Below are positions 1 to 16,088 of a DNA stretch of 64,000 nt, one piece after another (within the stretch, counting starts at the first letter, position 1; each line of letters opens with the position of its first letter). Source of the DNA: Neocallimastix sp. 'constans'. Taxonomy: Eukaryota. Location: assembly GCA_050613775.1 (NCBI GenBank), contig JBODTK010000155.1, forward strand, positions 124,001-188,000, written 5' to 3'. Position numbers and translations under genes: made by a program. Under the pieces are notes generated by a model. That model had not been told where the DNA came from and did not search any database. It saw only the letters and a list, made by a program, of their open reading frames with translations.

Positions 1-378
1 TATATATAAATAATAATAAATACAAACAAACAAACAAGCAAAAAAATTAAAATAATAATATTAATAAAAATAGTAATATCTTTAATTATAATAATAATTA
101 AATAACAACAATAATAATAATAATTAAGAAAACATTTCTTAATAAAAAAAAAAAAAAAAGTAAAAAAATTTTAATAAACACTTATAAAGTGTTAATAATA
201 TTAAAAAAATCAATAAATAAATAAATAAAAGTTTAAAAAAAAATATTTATTAAAAAAAAATTTTATTAATAAACGGACAAATTTATGGAAAAGATGTATC
301 ATATATATGAAATATTAATATTAATAATAAAAATGATTAAAAGAAAAAAGATAAATTTTATATCATTTTTGTTGTAAA

Positions 379-484
<106 letters not shown>

Positions 485-1465
485 TTTTATATATGTAAAT
501 TTTATTATTTTAACTTTTTTTTTTTTTTGTTTTATGTGATGACCGTGATTTCTTTTAAATTTTTAAAAAGTAAAATTAATTTTTAATTAAAAAATACATA
601 AGCTAATTAATAAGTAGTTAAATTAAATTATAAATGCGTATATGATATAGTTAAAAAAAAAAAAAAAGTGTGTAAGTATTAATAAAAATAAAATAAAATA
701 AATAAAAAATTTATTTTTAATTTTATTTTTTTCTTTGTATTTTTTATATTACAAAGAGTATAAAATAAATATTATTATGAATAAATATAAAAATATAAAA
801 CAATATATATATATATATTTATTTGCAGATGGAACAAAATAAATAAAGATAAAATTAAAAAAATATATATATATTAAGTATAGATTAAATATTAAAATTG
901 TATTTTTTTTTTTTTTTATCTATGTATCTATTTATTTATTTATTTATTTACTTATTTTTTTATTTTATTTTATTTTATCTTTTTTATTTATTTATTTTAT
1001 TTTTATAAAAAAAAAGTTCATGAAATATCATTCATTTAATTATAAATTAATAATTTATTTATTATTTATATTTTTTTTTTATAGAATAAAAAAAAAAATA
1101 ATAATAATTATAGTATTAGTATTTAAAATTTTTAAAGTTCAAAATTTCGATTGGTTTAAATTAAATAAATTAAAATATATATATATTTTTTTTCTTTAAT
1201 TTTTTTATAATAATATTTTGAAATAATTTTGATATTTATTCTAAAAGAAAAAAAAAAAAATTGGATAATGATATATTATTAAATATGTATTTTAAAATTT
1301 AATATTTTCATCATCGTCATATTAAAAAAAAAAAAAAAAAAAAGAAAAGTAATAAGGCTATTTTAATTAATCAATTAAAAAAAAAAAAAAAAAACCTAAT
1401 AAAATACAATAAAATAGAATTAAAAAATAAAATAAAATAGAATAAAAAATAAAATAGAATAGAGT

Positions 1466-1510
<45 letters not shown>

Positions 1511-1524
1511 ATATAAAATATTAA

Positions 1525-4066
<2,542 letters not shown>

Positions 4067-4075
4067 TAACATTGA

Positions 4076-4230
4076 TAAATATATAAATATATAAATAAAT
4101 ATATAAATAAATATATAAATAAATATATAAATAAATATATAAATAAATATATAAATAAATATATAAATAAATATATAAATAAATATATAAATATATAAAT
4201 AAATTTATAAATATATAAATAAATTTATAA
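4076..4230. repeat. ~12-bp tandem repeat (ATATAAATAAAT)n
   Basis: Seen directly; explains the spurious IYLY ORF at 4032-4244. Confidence 0.85.
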
Positions 4231-4402
4231 ATGAATAATACCAATAATAATAGAAAAAAAAAAAAAAAAAAAAAAAAAAAGGAAAGGAAATGCTATCTGA
4301 AAAATTTTTGTATATGTATATATGCATAGAATCTATTCATTTAAAGAATCAATGTACATTTCTTTATTAAAATAAAATATAAAATAAAATATATATATAA
4401 AT

Positions 4403-4438
<36 letters not shown>

Positions 4439-4725
4439 AATAGAATAACATATATATATATATAATTCATTATAATATAACTTTTTTTTTTTTATTATTA
4501 TTTTTTTTTTTTTAATAATTAAAATAAAAGAATAAATATATAATATTAATTAGGAAATTTGATAGAAATATTTTTAAAAATTATTATTATTATTGCTATT
4601 GTTGTAGTTAGTACTATTTGAAATTAAAATGAATAAAATATATATATATATATATAAACTATTATCTTATTATCTTAAGAATAAAAATATATTAGATTAT
4701 AAAATAAAATAATAAATAAATAAAT

Positions 4726-4766
<41 letters not shown>

Positions 4767-4807
4767 TTTTTTTTTTTTTTTTTTTTTTTTCTCTTTCCCA
4801 TTAAAAG

Positions 4808-6263
4808 TTAATTTGTTTTAAGATATGGAAATTCTTTTTTAACATTATTAATTAAATCTTTTAGTAATTTTTGTTCAATTTTTATATCATGAGTTACTGA
4901 TAATTTTTTTGTTTTTTCAGCTGGAGTTGGAATGGAATTCTTATTATCTTTTTCTTTTATTATATTATTTTCAATTCTTTGATATTTTCTATTATAATAA
5001 TAATAATAATTATAATAATAAAATAATAAAAAAAAAAAAAATTAATAACTATTGATATCATATTATTTATTTATTTATTTAATTTTATTTCTTTATTTTA
5101 CTTTATTTTATTATTTATTTTATTTTATTTTATTTTATTATCTATTTTATTTTATTTTATTTTATTTTATTTTATTATTATTTTTTTTTTTTTTTCACTT
5201 TATTTTATTATTTATTTTATTTTATTTTTATTTATTTTATTTTAACTTACTTTGATATTTCAGGCCAAGTATTCTCTATATTAGTTCTTGTACGTTTATT
5301 TTGCTCGTTAAAGTAGACTTTTTCTATTTCTGAGAGTGTAGTATTAGACCAATAATTTAAGAGATCATATAAACAATCCTTATAATTTTCTAATAATTCT
5401 TCAAAGAAGCTAATTTCTTCTTTATTTTTGGTAAGATTATATTTAATGAAATAAATTTCATAGTCTTGAAGCGTTTCCATTAAATATTTTAAAGTATGTT
5501 GCATTATTAAATTAAAGATATAATGATAAGGGAATTTATTAAATTCTACATTAATAAGATAGTGATGAATCACTTTTTTTATTTCTTTTATAATTTTATT
5601 TTTTTTTATTTTTCTCAGAAAATCTATGGATTGAACATAATTTTCAAATAACGTTAAGAGATCGTTTTCTGTTTGAATTCGATTTTTACTGTAGGGATGA
5701 TCTAAATTAAATTCTGGTAATTTTGCTTTATCTATTTTATTTTTTATTATTTCATAAAGGATGATCCAAGGATGAGGTTCAACGGAACAAGTACTGGCAG
5801 AGGAACTGAAATAATCAATATAATTTTGATCATCTACACCTGAACTTTCATAATCACGATCTTTGGTGGTAATATTACCAAAATAATTAATTTTTTTTAA
5901 GATTTTTTTGCTTTCTTTATCTTTAATTGAAATATATTGTACTTGTGAAGAATAAAGAAATTCAATCATGGCATCCATAATATTATTAAAGGATTGAATA
6001 ATCGTATTACAGGTATCCTTTAACCAAGAAATATTCTCAATAGTAAAAATACCAAAAGGTAGTTCATTTTCAATATGCTTCAAAATAATAGCTAAAAATA
6101 CAGCATAGAAATTATTATTAACAATTTCACTTATTACATGGGAAGAAAGGGTATATATATGACAATTTTCAATTAACCAAGTCATACCAACATTTAATTT
6201 TTCAATTTTATTATTTGTATTTTCAAAAATTGGATTGAAATCATCATAATTATTGGTATTTAG

Positions 6264-6323
<60 letters not shown>

Positions 6324-7197
6324 GCTATTATTATAATTATTATTATTATTATCATCATCATCATTATTATTATTAGTAACTAATGATTTGGATATTATAT
6401 CTTTACTAAAGGGTATTGATAAAAATTGATAGTTTTGACTTTTGTATTCCTCATTATTAAAGAGTTGATTTAATCTTAAATAATATTTTACATCTTTAAT
6501 ATACTGTTTATTATTTAGATGATGCATTTTCCAATATAAAAATATAAATGGTATATTAGAATGATTCCGTATTCTTTGTAAAAATAAATTTAATCTTCTT
6601 CTTTCATTAATCCAATAATAAGCTATTTCTTCTGGATTTGAATTATGTTGAAAAGGATAGATTGAAAGTTGGAAAATAGCTGCACTAGCATACTGCTCAA
6701 AAATATCCTCTTCTTCATGATCTTTATTAACATTACTATTATTACTACTGGAAATGCTTTCATCTTCCCAATCCATCTTGTTATTTTCTATATATGGTAT
6801 ATTTTGGATTAAAATAGATAATTGCTTTTGATTATCTAATTTATTTTGATTAAAATGGATATAGTTGTTAATATTAAAATAAAAACTTTCATCTTCATGG
6901 GAAAGATTAAGAATATTATTATTTAGAGATCCAATATTAAATTGAGAATTCATCCAATGGGTAGTCTTTTTTAAATCATTAGGTAATGAAATTGTTATTT
7001 TTATAAAGATAGTAGAATCTTTTATATTATTATTTAATTGTTTCTTTATTATATTGGTTGCAATGGCATCAATATTAATTTGTGACTTACTGAAATGAAA
7101 ATTTTCTTCATTATTATAATCTGTTATATAAAACTCTTCATTATCATCTTCATTTTTATTCTTAAAAAATATATATATTAATATAAAAACATTAAAA

Positions 7198-7238
<41 letters not shown>

Positions 7239-7301
7239 AATTAATTAATTTAAATGTAAGTAAACATAAATTAAAAATATAATAAAAATATAATAATAAA
7301 A

Positions 7302-7338
<37 letters not shown>

Positions 7339-8461
7339 TAATCAATGATGATAATAGTATAATCAAAAAATTGAATTATTATTTCATTATAATATATTTT
7401 ATAGTTTAAGAATATGTTATTGAGAGAATTAAATAGTTTACCATTCCATTGTTATTTCTGATATCTTCTTGATCACTTTTAAATATAAAATCATTATTTT
7501 TCTTTACTTGATGATTCAATCCAGGTCCAATTTCTATTAATTTTATTACATTATCAAATTCTAATTTTTTCATTCTTAGTTTTTCAGCTTTCATTCTTTT
7601 TTCATTTATTTTTAACTTAGTAATATGATTCCATTTAGAAAATGTATACTTTAATCTATTATACTTTACAAAATCATCAAAATAAAGTTTTTGCCGTTTA
7701 AGTTGGGCTTTTTTTAATATTAATTGTTTAATTTTATATTCTTTTAATGATATATCATAGATTGATTTAAGGATTGAATTTAAATTCTCTATAACTACTT
7801 CATTTATAATATCATTGGTTGATAAATCTAATGCACTATAATAATTACTAAGCAATTTTTCATCTTTTTTTCTTTTCATAACTTCATCTGTAATAATTTC
7901 TTTAGTAATATTAGATATTATATCATTATAGATATAATGCATCATTACTTCTTCTTTGATAACATTTGAAATGATATTTTTAATATTACTTTGAATTAAA
8001 TCATTATAAAAAAGATTGGACTCTTTTTCAATTTTCTTTCGTATTCTCATTGTTTTAACAATGGTTTCATCTAAAGATGGGGATGATTTATCACTAATAT
8101 TAGGATTATCTAATGATTGTGTTTGCAAAGAACTTCTTCTTTTAAAATTGCTTTCCATTTGTCTCTTTTGATTTTCATTTTGTTCATTTATAATAAAGGA
8201 ATTCACATTACTTACTACGTCAGTTGAATCTTTAAATATATTATCTTTGATTAATTTATTATTATCATCTTCATTAATTTTTCCAAATGAAAATGTTGGT
8301 TTATTTACAGATAATAAATTTTTATTTACATCTTTTTGCATTTCTTTTTTTGTAAAATCAATTGAAACAGATGGCTTCAATGAACTACTAAATCCGATTG
8401 GAGGTATTTCAGGTTTTAATGAACTTTTATTATTTTGTGGTGTAATATTATTGAAAATTAA

Positions 8462-8520
<59 letters not shown>

Positions 8521-10636
8521 TATTTATATTTTTATTAAAGCTAAAAGAAGGGGTTTTATTTATTTCTGCTTTAGTACTTAATGGTGGTAATGAAATATTA
8601 TTAATTGAGTTTTTATTAGAAAGAGTATTTTTATTATCTAGTGAAAAGGAAAATGGCGCTTTAATTGTCTCCGAATTATTATTATTAATGTTATTACTTG
8701 GAATTTGTTTAAACGAAAAAGTTATATTTGGCGGTGTACTTTTAGAAAAATCAGTAATATCATTATTAATATTATCATTCTGAATCATCAATGCATCTTG
8801 ATGGTTTAAATCATTACTTTCTGTATTATCATCAGCCATATCATCCATATCAACCATATCAACCATATCATCTATATCATCCATATCATCCATGTTATCC
8901 ATATCATTCACAGTCTTTAATGAAGTATTAAATGAAAAACCAATAGCTGATTGACCTTTATTAATATTGTTTGAAATATTTGTATTTGATTGATTAGTTA
9001 ATGGCTGTGAAAATGTAAACGATGATGTGTTATCTTCATCATCATCTGGTAATAATCCACCGTTTATAATTTCTTTGTCAGATATATTCTCTCGTTTTTT
9101 CTCCAATTTTTCAGTTCTTTTTTGATTTAAAGATACTTCTGGTTCTAAAAATTATTCATTATAATATATATTTATAGTTATTAATTGATTTTTACTCCTT
9201 AATAATTTTGTTATACAATTTATAAATTATTAATCATGAAATTTACCTATAAGAGTTTTCTTTTTATCAAATATTACTCCATAATTATCATTAACTTTTT
9301 CAATTTCGATTGAATAAGCACGTAATAAATCTAATAAATCATCAACGGAATCAAAACCTAATAAATCTTTTAATTTTTCTGCAGGATATGGTGGCAATAC
9401 ATTATACTTATACTTAATTGCATCATTCATAGCTATTAATGAAAATTTTCTAATAGTATTGAAGTGAATTTCCATTAAACATGCCATTAAATAAGGTGTT
9501 TCAGGTGAAAATAACTTTTTAAATAGCCTAGTATATAGATTTAACGAACCTGCATTTTTTTTTATACCAGATTCAGTAAAAGATTGAAAATCCAGTGCTA
9601 ATTGTACCAATGGATGAAAGAAAACATCTTTAGAGTATAATTCTGCTTTTCTCACGATATCATCGTCACTTTCATATACATTTTTAGTTTTTAGTTTTTA
9701 ATTTAATTTTCATTATTTTTTTAAATTATTATATTTATTGTCAATAAATATTTAAATATTTTAATTTTTTCTTTTTTTTTTTTTTTTTTTAATTTATAAT
9801 TATATAATCTATATAATAACTTACAATATATGACTAATAATATAATATGCTCTAAATTCTGCTTCATTGGGATATATAATATTTTTTTCTTTTCCTTCAT
9901 CATAGAATTCTTGTAGACTTTGCAGTACTATTATCATTATTAATATTATTAATTATATTTGGATATTTATATATTAATTAATACTACAACAATAAATTCA
10001 AAATTAATTTTTGATAATTTTTAGCAAAAATATACCTTTAAATAATTGTTCTATTTCTTGCTTAATACTAAAACCTTCTTTTTCACATAGTTGATGAAGA
10101 CATAGAATATGATATCTTGCTATTCTTTCATGGGCATCAACTGCTGATTTATCTCTTATATTTTGCAAAGAAAAATCTTGACGAATAGATCTAGTTCTGT
10201 CTCTAACAAAACTATGTGTAGCTTCGATTCCATAATTCACAATTATTTCATTTACAAGATAATTTAATGTTTTCTTATATTGATTAATGAAAAAAATTTT
10301 TTTATCAAAAAGAAATTTTTTTAATTTAATTATTACTAATATTTCTTTTAAAATGACAAAATTCTTTAATTTAAATTTTAGTTATAGGCTAATATATACT
10401 TTTAGAATAGGTGGTGGCCTTACATCGCAAGGTAAAGGCTGTTCTTTACCAGCATCAGATCTTTGATATCTTTTAACTGCTCTTAAATGATCTATATAAG
10501 ATATTTCATCCGTGCTTATCTCTTGATTCTTATATTTATAAAAGTATACATCACGTAATTTTATATAGATATTTTATTATTTTAATAATAATATTATTTA
10601 TACTTATAATTACTATACTTATTATTATTATTATTA

Positions 10637-10700
<64 letters not shown>

Positions 10701-11939
10701 ACAAATGATTATTACTATTTCAAATTTATCCAGATTTTTTTGATACTCTCTTTCATATCTTTCAAATTCAGGACACATATCTTGGCATTCGCCTACAAAT
10801 GGTATAGCATCTTCAAGTCGACATGGTTTATCAGGATCATCAATTAAACCTTTTCTTATATATTCCTTTCTTAAATGTTCTCTTTCTTTTTTCATCTTTA
10901 AATGTTTTGTTATAATTTATTATTTTCAACAATTATTATTATTATTATTAGTATTGCTATTATTATTATTTCAACTATAATAAAAATTTTTAATATATAA
11001 CTATAGTTAAAAAAAAATATATATATTACTATTAAATAATTGTTTCCATAAGGATTTGAGTTAAAACGTTGTCCTCTTGTTTCTTTATCAATAATACTTA
11101 ATATTTTATTAAAATAAATTATTTATTAAATTTCAAATTCATTAAAAATTTTAAATATTTTGATTTAATATTTGAAAAAAGGATTTTCAATATTACTTAT
11201 TTTGTGTTAAATTTACAATGTTTGAATTAACACTATTTTCATTATCACTTATTTCATTTTCAAATGGCTCTTCATTTTGAAAACTGAAATCTATTTGTTC
11301 GATATTAGGTTTATTAATTGTTTTTATTTCATTATTTTTCCCTTGAATATCTATATAATTTAAATTATTATTGTTATTATTATAATTATTACAATTAAAA
11401 AATCAATAATTTATATTGTTATTAAACTTCCATTTATACATGTTCATAAATATTGAAATTTTACTTTTATTATTATTTATTAACGTTTTATTTGGGAAGA
11501 ATTTAGGACGATATCCTTTTCCTTTTGTAGATATAGAATTTCCTGCATTTTTCTCTGATTGATTATAATGTAGATTAAAAGGTTTTTTCTTAAATGTTAA
11601 TTTTTTTTTTGGATTATTTCGTGGATTATAAAAGCCTGCTTTATTTCCTTTCACATATATCAAACAAATTTTTCATTAATATCAAATAGTATTATGAATT
11701 CTCTTTTTAATTTTTAGTCATTTAAATATAAATTATTTAATTTATTATTTATTATATTTTTTTTTAGTATACCTGTCAGTTTCTATTTTGAAAATAAATT
11801 AATTGATATTAATAAACTATTTATTTTTTAGAAAAAATGTTGTAAATATTATAATTTTAATACAAACCTGATTTTGAGCTCTTAAATTATTCTGAAAGGT
11901 ACCAATTGGATTTTCTCTTTGAGGTGGTATTTGTTGCAT
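4808..11939 (-). CDS. SAC3: SAC3/GANP (TREX-2 scaffold) nuclear mRNA export factor, multi-exon
   Basis: GECQDMCPEFERYER, AVKRYQRSDAG...DVRPPPIL, FVRDRTRSIRQDFSLQN, HERIARYHIL and NEAEFRAY match the SAC3_GANP domain. Start MQQIPPQ at 11939; last exon ends ...KEFPYLKTN* at 4808. Introns checked in the 5' half are GT-AG and in frame. Confidence 0.9.
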
Positions 11940-12660
11940 TTTATTTTACTTTATATATATTTAATAAAATTTTAATTATAATTTTTTAGAAAAAGATATA
12001 ACGATTTCAAAATGTATAATACATTTATAAAAATTTAAAAAAATAATAATAAATCATATATTACTAATTATTTTTGGTATTATTATTCATATGAAATATA
12101 CGAAAGAATATATATAAGTATGTAATAATAGTACTGATGATAATATTGATAATAATATTGATAATAATATTGATAATAATATTGATAACAATATTGATAA
12201 TAATTAATTACTAACCTTTATTTTAAAATGTTAATTTTATTACTTAATATTTTTTTTTTTTTATAAATACATAAATAATTGTTATCAAAAGGAAATAAGC
12301 TAAAATAATAAATTCTAAATAACAAAAAAATACATAATTTTTTAGAAATAAATATATATAATGCTTATAATAATAATTAAAAATATGATTATAAACGAAT
12401 TTTAAAAAATTTCTTTTTTATCAAATTGAAATTTATAATACTAAAATTTAGAAAGGAAAAATAAATAAAATATATATTTTTAAATTAATTATTTTATGTT
12501 AATTATTAGAATAATAATATTATTTTTATAGTAAGTACATGTACAAATATAAATTGATAATTTTAAAAAATAAAAAAAATTTTTTTTTTGATTGGGTACA
12601 AAATGAGAAAAATATATTATTATTAAGTAAAAATAATTCAATAATAATTATTTTTTTTTT

Positions 12661-12701
<41 letters not shown>

Positions 12702-12729
12702 ATGAAATTAACGAATTTTTAATAACGAA

Positions 12730-13960
12730 ATGTTTATGGTAACAACTATAAAAGATACAGTAAAAATATTGCCAAGGTATTTTTATAAAAATAGAAATGA
12801 GGCTATAATAGATGAAATTAACCATAAATATTCAAATAAGGTATTTTTGAAATTTTATTAATTAATATAATTAACAAAATTTTAACAATAAGTATAAAAA
12901 TATAAATCAAAGAAGCAAAATAATGAGTTGTGAAATTATAATAAATATTATTTTTTTAATTATCAATTATTATTAATAACTATATAATTAAAAATCAATA
13001 TATGTAAATTTTAAAATATTAATGTATAAAAGGTTTTACATAATGTTGGTTTATGCATTGAATTATTAGATTTAGTAGAAGTGTCAGAAGGTATAGTATT
13101 ACCTTGTAAAGATGGTGGTTATACAGTAAAAGGTATATTAATAAATAATATATATTATTTATTCTGAAGCTCTTATAAAGTAGAATATTAAATTTCAGTA
13201 ATGTTAATATTATTTTTTTTTTTTTTTAAAAAAAAAGTTACTTTTAAGATGATAGTATTTAGACCATTTATTGGAGAAACATTAATTGGAAAAGTTAGTA
13301 ATTCATCTGAAAAAGGAATAAAAGGTATTCAAAGTTTAATATATAAAAAAAAAAAATTGTATTAAGATTGTATATTTAAAAGAATATCAATGAATTTCAT
13401 ATTAATGTATAACATTAGTATCAATGGGTTTCTTTGATGATATAACAATACCAGCTTCCCAATTAACTCCAGATACGACTTTGTAAATATATTTTTATAT
13501 TTTTGTAAATATAATAAAATAATTATTCATATTTTAATTTTTATATTTAAAATAAATAATTACAAATATAGTGATAAAACACAAAATGTATGGATTTGGA
13601 ATTTTAATGAAACAGATAAATTATATATTGATAAAAATGAAGAAATAAGATTTCAAGTTTTAACAGAATTATTTGTTGATACTGGACCAATGTCAAAAAA
13701 AAAACCTTTTGGACAAGATCCACAAGAATCAACAAAGCAATTAAACGAATCAGCAGAATCCGAATTAGTAGTTCCATATTCAATTATTGTAATTATATTT
13801 TACTTCAATTTATTTTATTTCTATTTTATTTTGAAAATGTAAATAATTGAATTGTTCAAATATAGTAAATAATAGGTTAATTTAAAAATTTTATCAATTT
13901 TAATATTATTAGGGTACTATAACGCAACAAGGACTTGGTCTTACTTCATGGTGGGATTAA
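12730..13960 (+). CDS. RPC25: RNA polymerase III subunit RPC25/RPC8 (Rpb7 family), multi-exon; absent from the ORF track
   Basis: Spliced: MFMVTTIKDTVKILP...EINHKYSNK|VLHNVGLCI...FRPFIGETLIGKV...MGFFDDITIP...WIWNF...EEIRFQV...PYSII...QQGLGLTSWWD*. The C-terminal GLGLxSWW is typical of Rpc25. Confidence 0.9.
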
Positions 13961-14263
13961 AATACCTAATTTAATTCTTTTTTTTTTTTTTTCTGAATAT
14001 TTAATATATTATAAAAAAACAACTATTTATAGAAAATAAAATTATCATATAATTCAACGATTTTATATATTAATAAAAGAATAAAATAAAATGTCGTAAT
14101 TTAATTATAAAAATCCATTTAATTTGAAATTTATGAGAGATTTATTATAATTATTTAATAATATAATAATTATTTTACTTGTTAAATTTTTATGATTTAT
14201 ATTTGCAAATTACATATAAATATATTTTATTATAAATTATTTAAATATTTATTTTTCTTTCTT

Positions 14264-14305
<42 letters not shown>

Positions 14306-14339
14306 TAAAATATAATATATTTTCTATTTTTTTTCTTTT

Positions 14340-15256
14340 CTATTTTTCTTCCTTTTCGAAGAACATCATTATTGTTAATACACCTAATAGAGCATATTTT
14401 AATTTTGGATAATCTGACATAACAATAGTAATATAACCAATATATGGTAAAAATCTATGAATTATAATAACGTTTATAGATACAATAAATATATATTTAT
14501 TTTATTATTTTCAATTTCAGAAGAACATATATTTGTAATTCTAATATATTTAAATGAAAATATTTACCCTTTAACTTTTCCAATTATATCTGATTTTTTA
14601 ATCCATAATTGATCTTTATTATATAATGCTCTATCATCAATGTTATTATTATCACCTTTAGTTAATATGTAATCTTCACCACTTTCATTACTAATTATTT
14701 TAAATTTTTTATATATAAAAAGTATATATATATTATAATTATTAATATTAATTTAATGAAATAAATTTAATAATCATTCAAATCATTTATATTTAAATTT
14801 TACTCTTTGTGAATTTTTAAAATTCTATGAACAATTGGAATATCTTGTCCTTTAATTTTATATACTACTATATCTCCAACGACAAATGGTTCTTTTTTTG
14901 GTAAAGTTAAAAATAATAAATCACCACGATGAAAAGCTGGTTCCATACTTTCACTAAAAATTATTCATATACATATATATTTTTTTATTTTAATATTTCA
15001 ATAAGTACTTAAATATTAATTTATGAAAATCACCTTAAAACAACTACAATTGGACTTTCACTATTAGTTATAAGACTTAAAGCTTTCCAACTCATAAAAG
15101 CGGATGTAACTATCATAAAAATATTTAATAATTGATGTGCAATCTTTTATATAAAATTAATTATATATTTATAAAACCTTTATTATAAATAATAATAAAT
15201 AATAATTTTATTACCTCACGATTAGTCTTTCCAGGAAACAAAGAATTTAATAACAT
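14340..15256 (-). CDS. SEC11: Signal peptidase complex catalytic subunit (S26B), 5 exons; absent from the ORF track
   Basis: [64 protein letters not shown]; stop at 14340-14342. Confidence 0.93.
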
Positions 15257-16088
15257 TTCTATTATTCATTTATATTTAAAATTATTGTTTATGTTTTATT
15301 CAATATTAAAACTATTTTACACAATTATTTTTATCTCTTTACTTTAAAATATATGTATATTTACTTATTAGAGTTTCAAATTATCCTTTACAATTCTTAA
15401 TGTATATAAATGTATATATATATTTTTTATTTATTAATTTATTTATTTATTTTTTTTTTTTTAAATTTTATTATTCTCTCTTCTTTATTATAAAAAATAA
15501 AACTGAAAATGATACTAAAGATTAAATATAATAATTATATAGTGGCTAAATTTTATTGGTTTTTAAAATAAATTTGAAATTATTGAAAAATAATATAAAA
15601 AAATAGAATTTAGAATGTTTAGTGTATGTACATATATGAAAAAAAAAATAAAACTAAAAAAAAATAATATTAAAAATTTATTGTAAAATGTTATTTTGAT
15701 TATGTATATCTTTTTATAAATATATATATATATATATTTATATAATTAAATTTTAATGTGGATAATCTATTCTCATATAATATATCATTATGAAATTTAA
15801 ATTAATTTATATGAAAAAAAAGCATAAAATTATTATTAAAATCTATAAATCTTTATTATAAAAAATATATGTGCTTTAACACGTGATATAAAATTTAAAT
15901 ATTTATTATTTATTTACAATAAATTAAAGTTAATTTACAATGAATTAAAGTTAATTTAATAGTACAAAATTTCAATCTTTTGCTTTTAATTTGTTTGAAT
16001 AACACTTAATTTTCAAAGTTGGTTATATAATTAAATTAAATGAAAAAAAAAAAAAAAAAAAAAAAAAAATAATAATATATATTAACAT

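Noticed and set aside
8247..8783. Antisense or alternate-frame ORFs overlapping real genes (8247, 16874, 18065-18776, 21832, 22028, 34306, 49031, 62259, 63673)
   Set aside because: Shadow ORFs caused by codon bias of the true CDS; no independent motifs.
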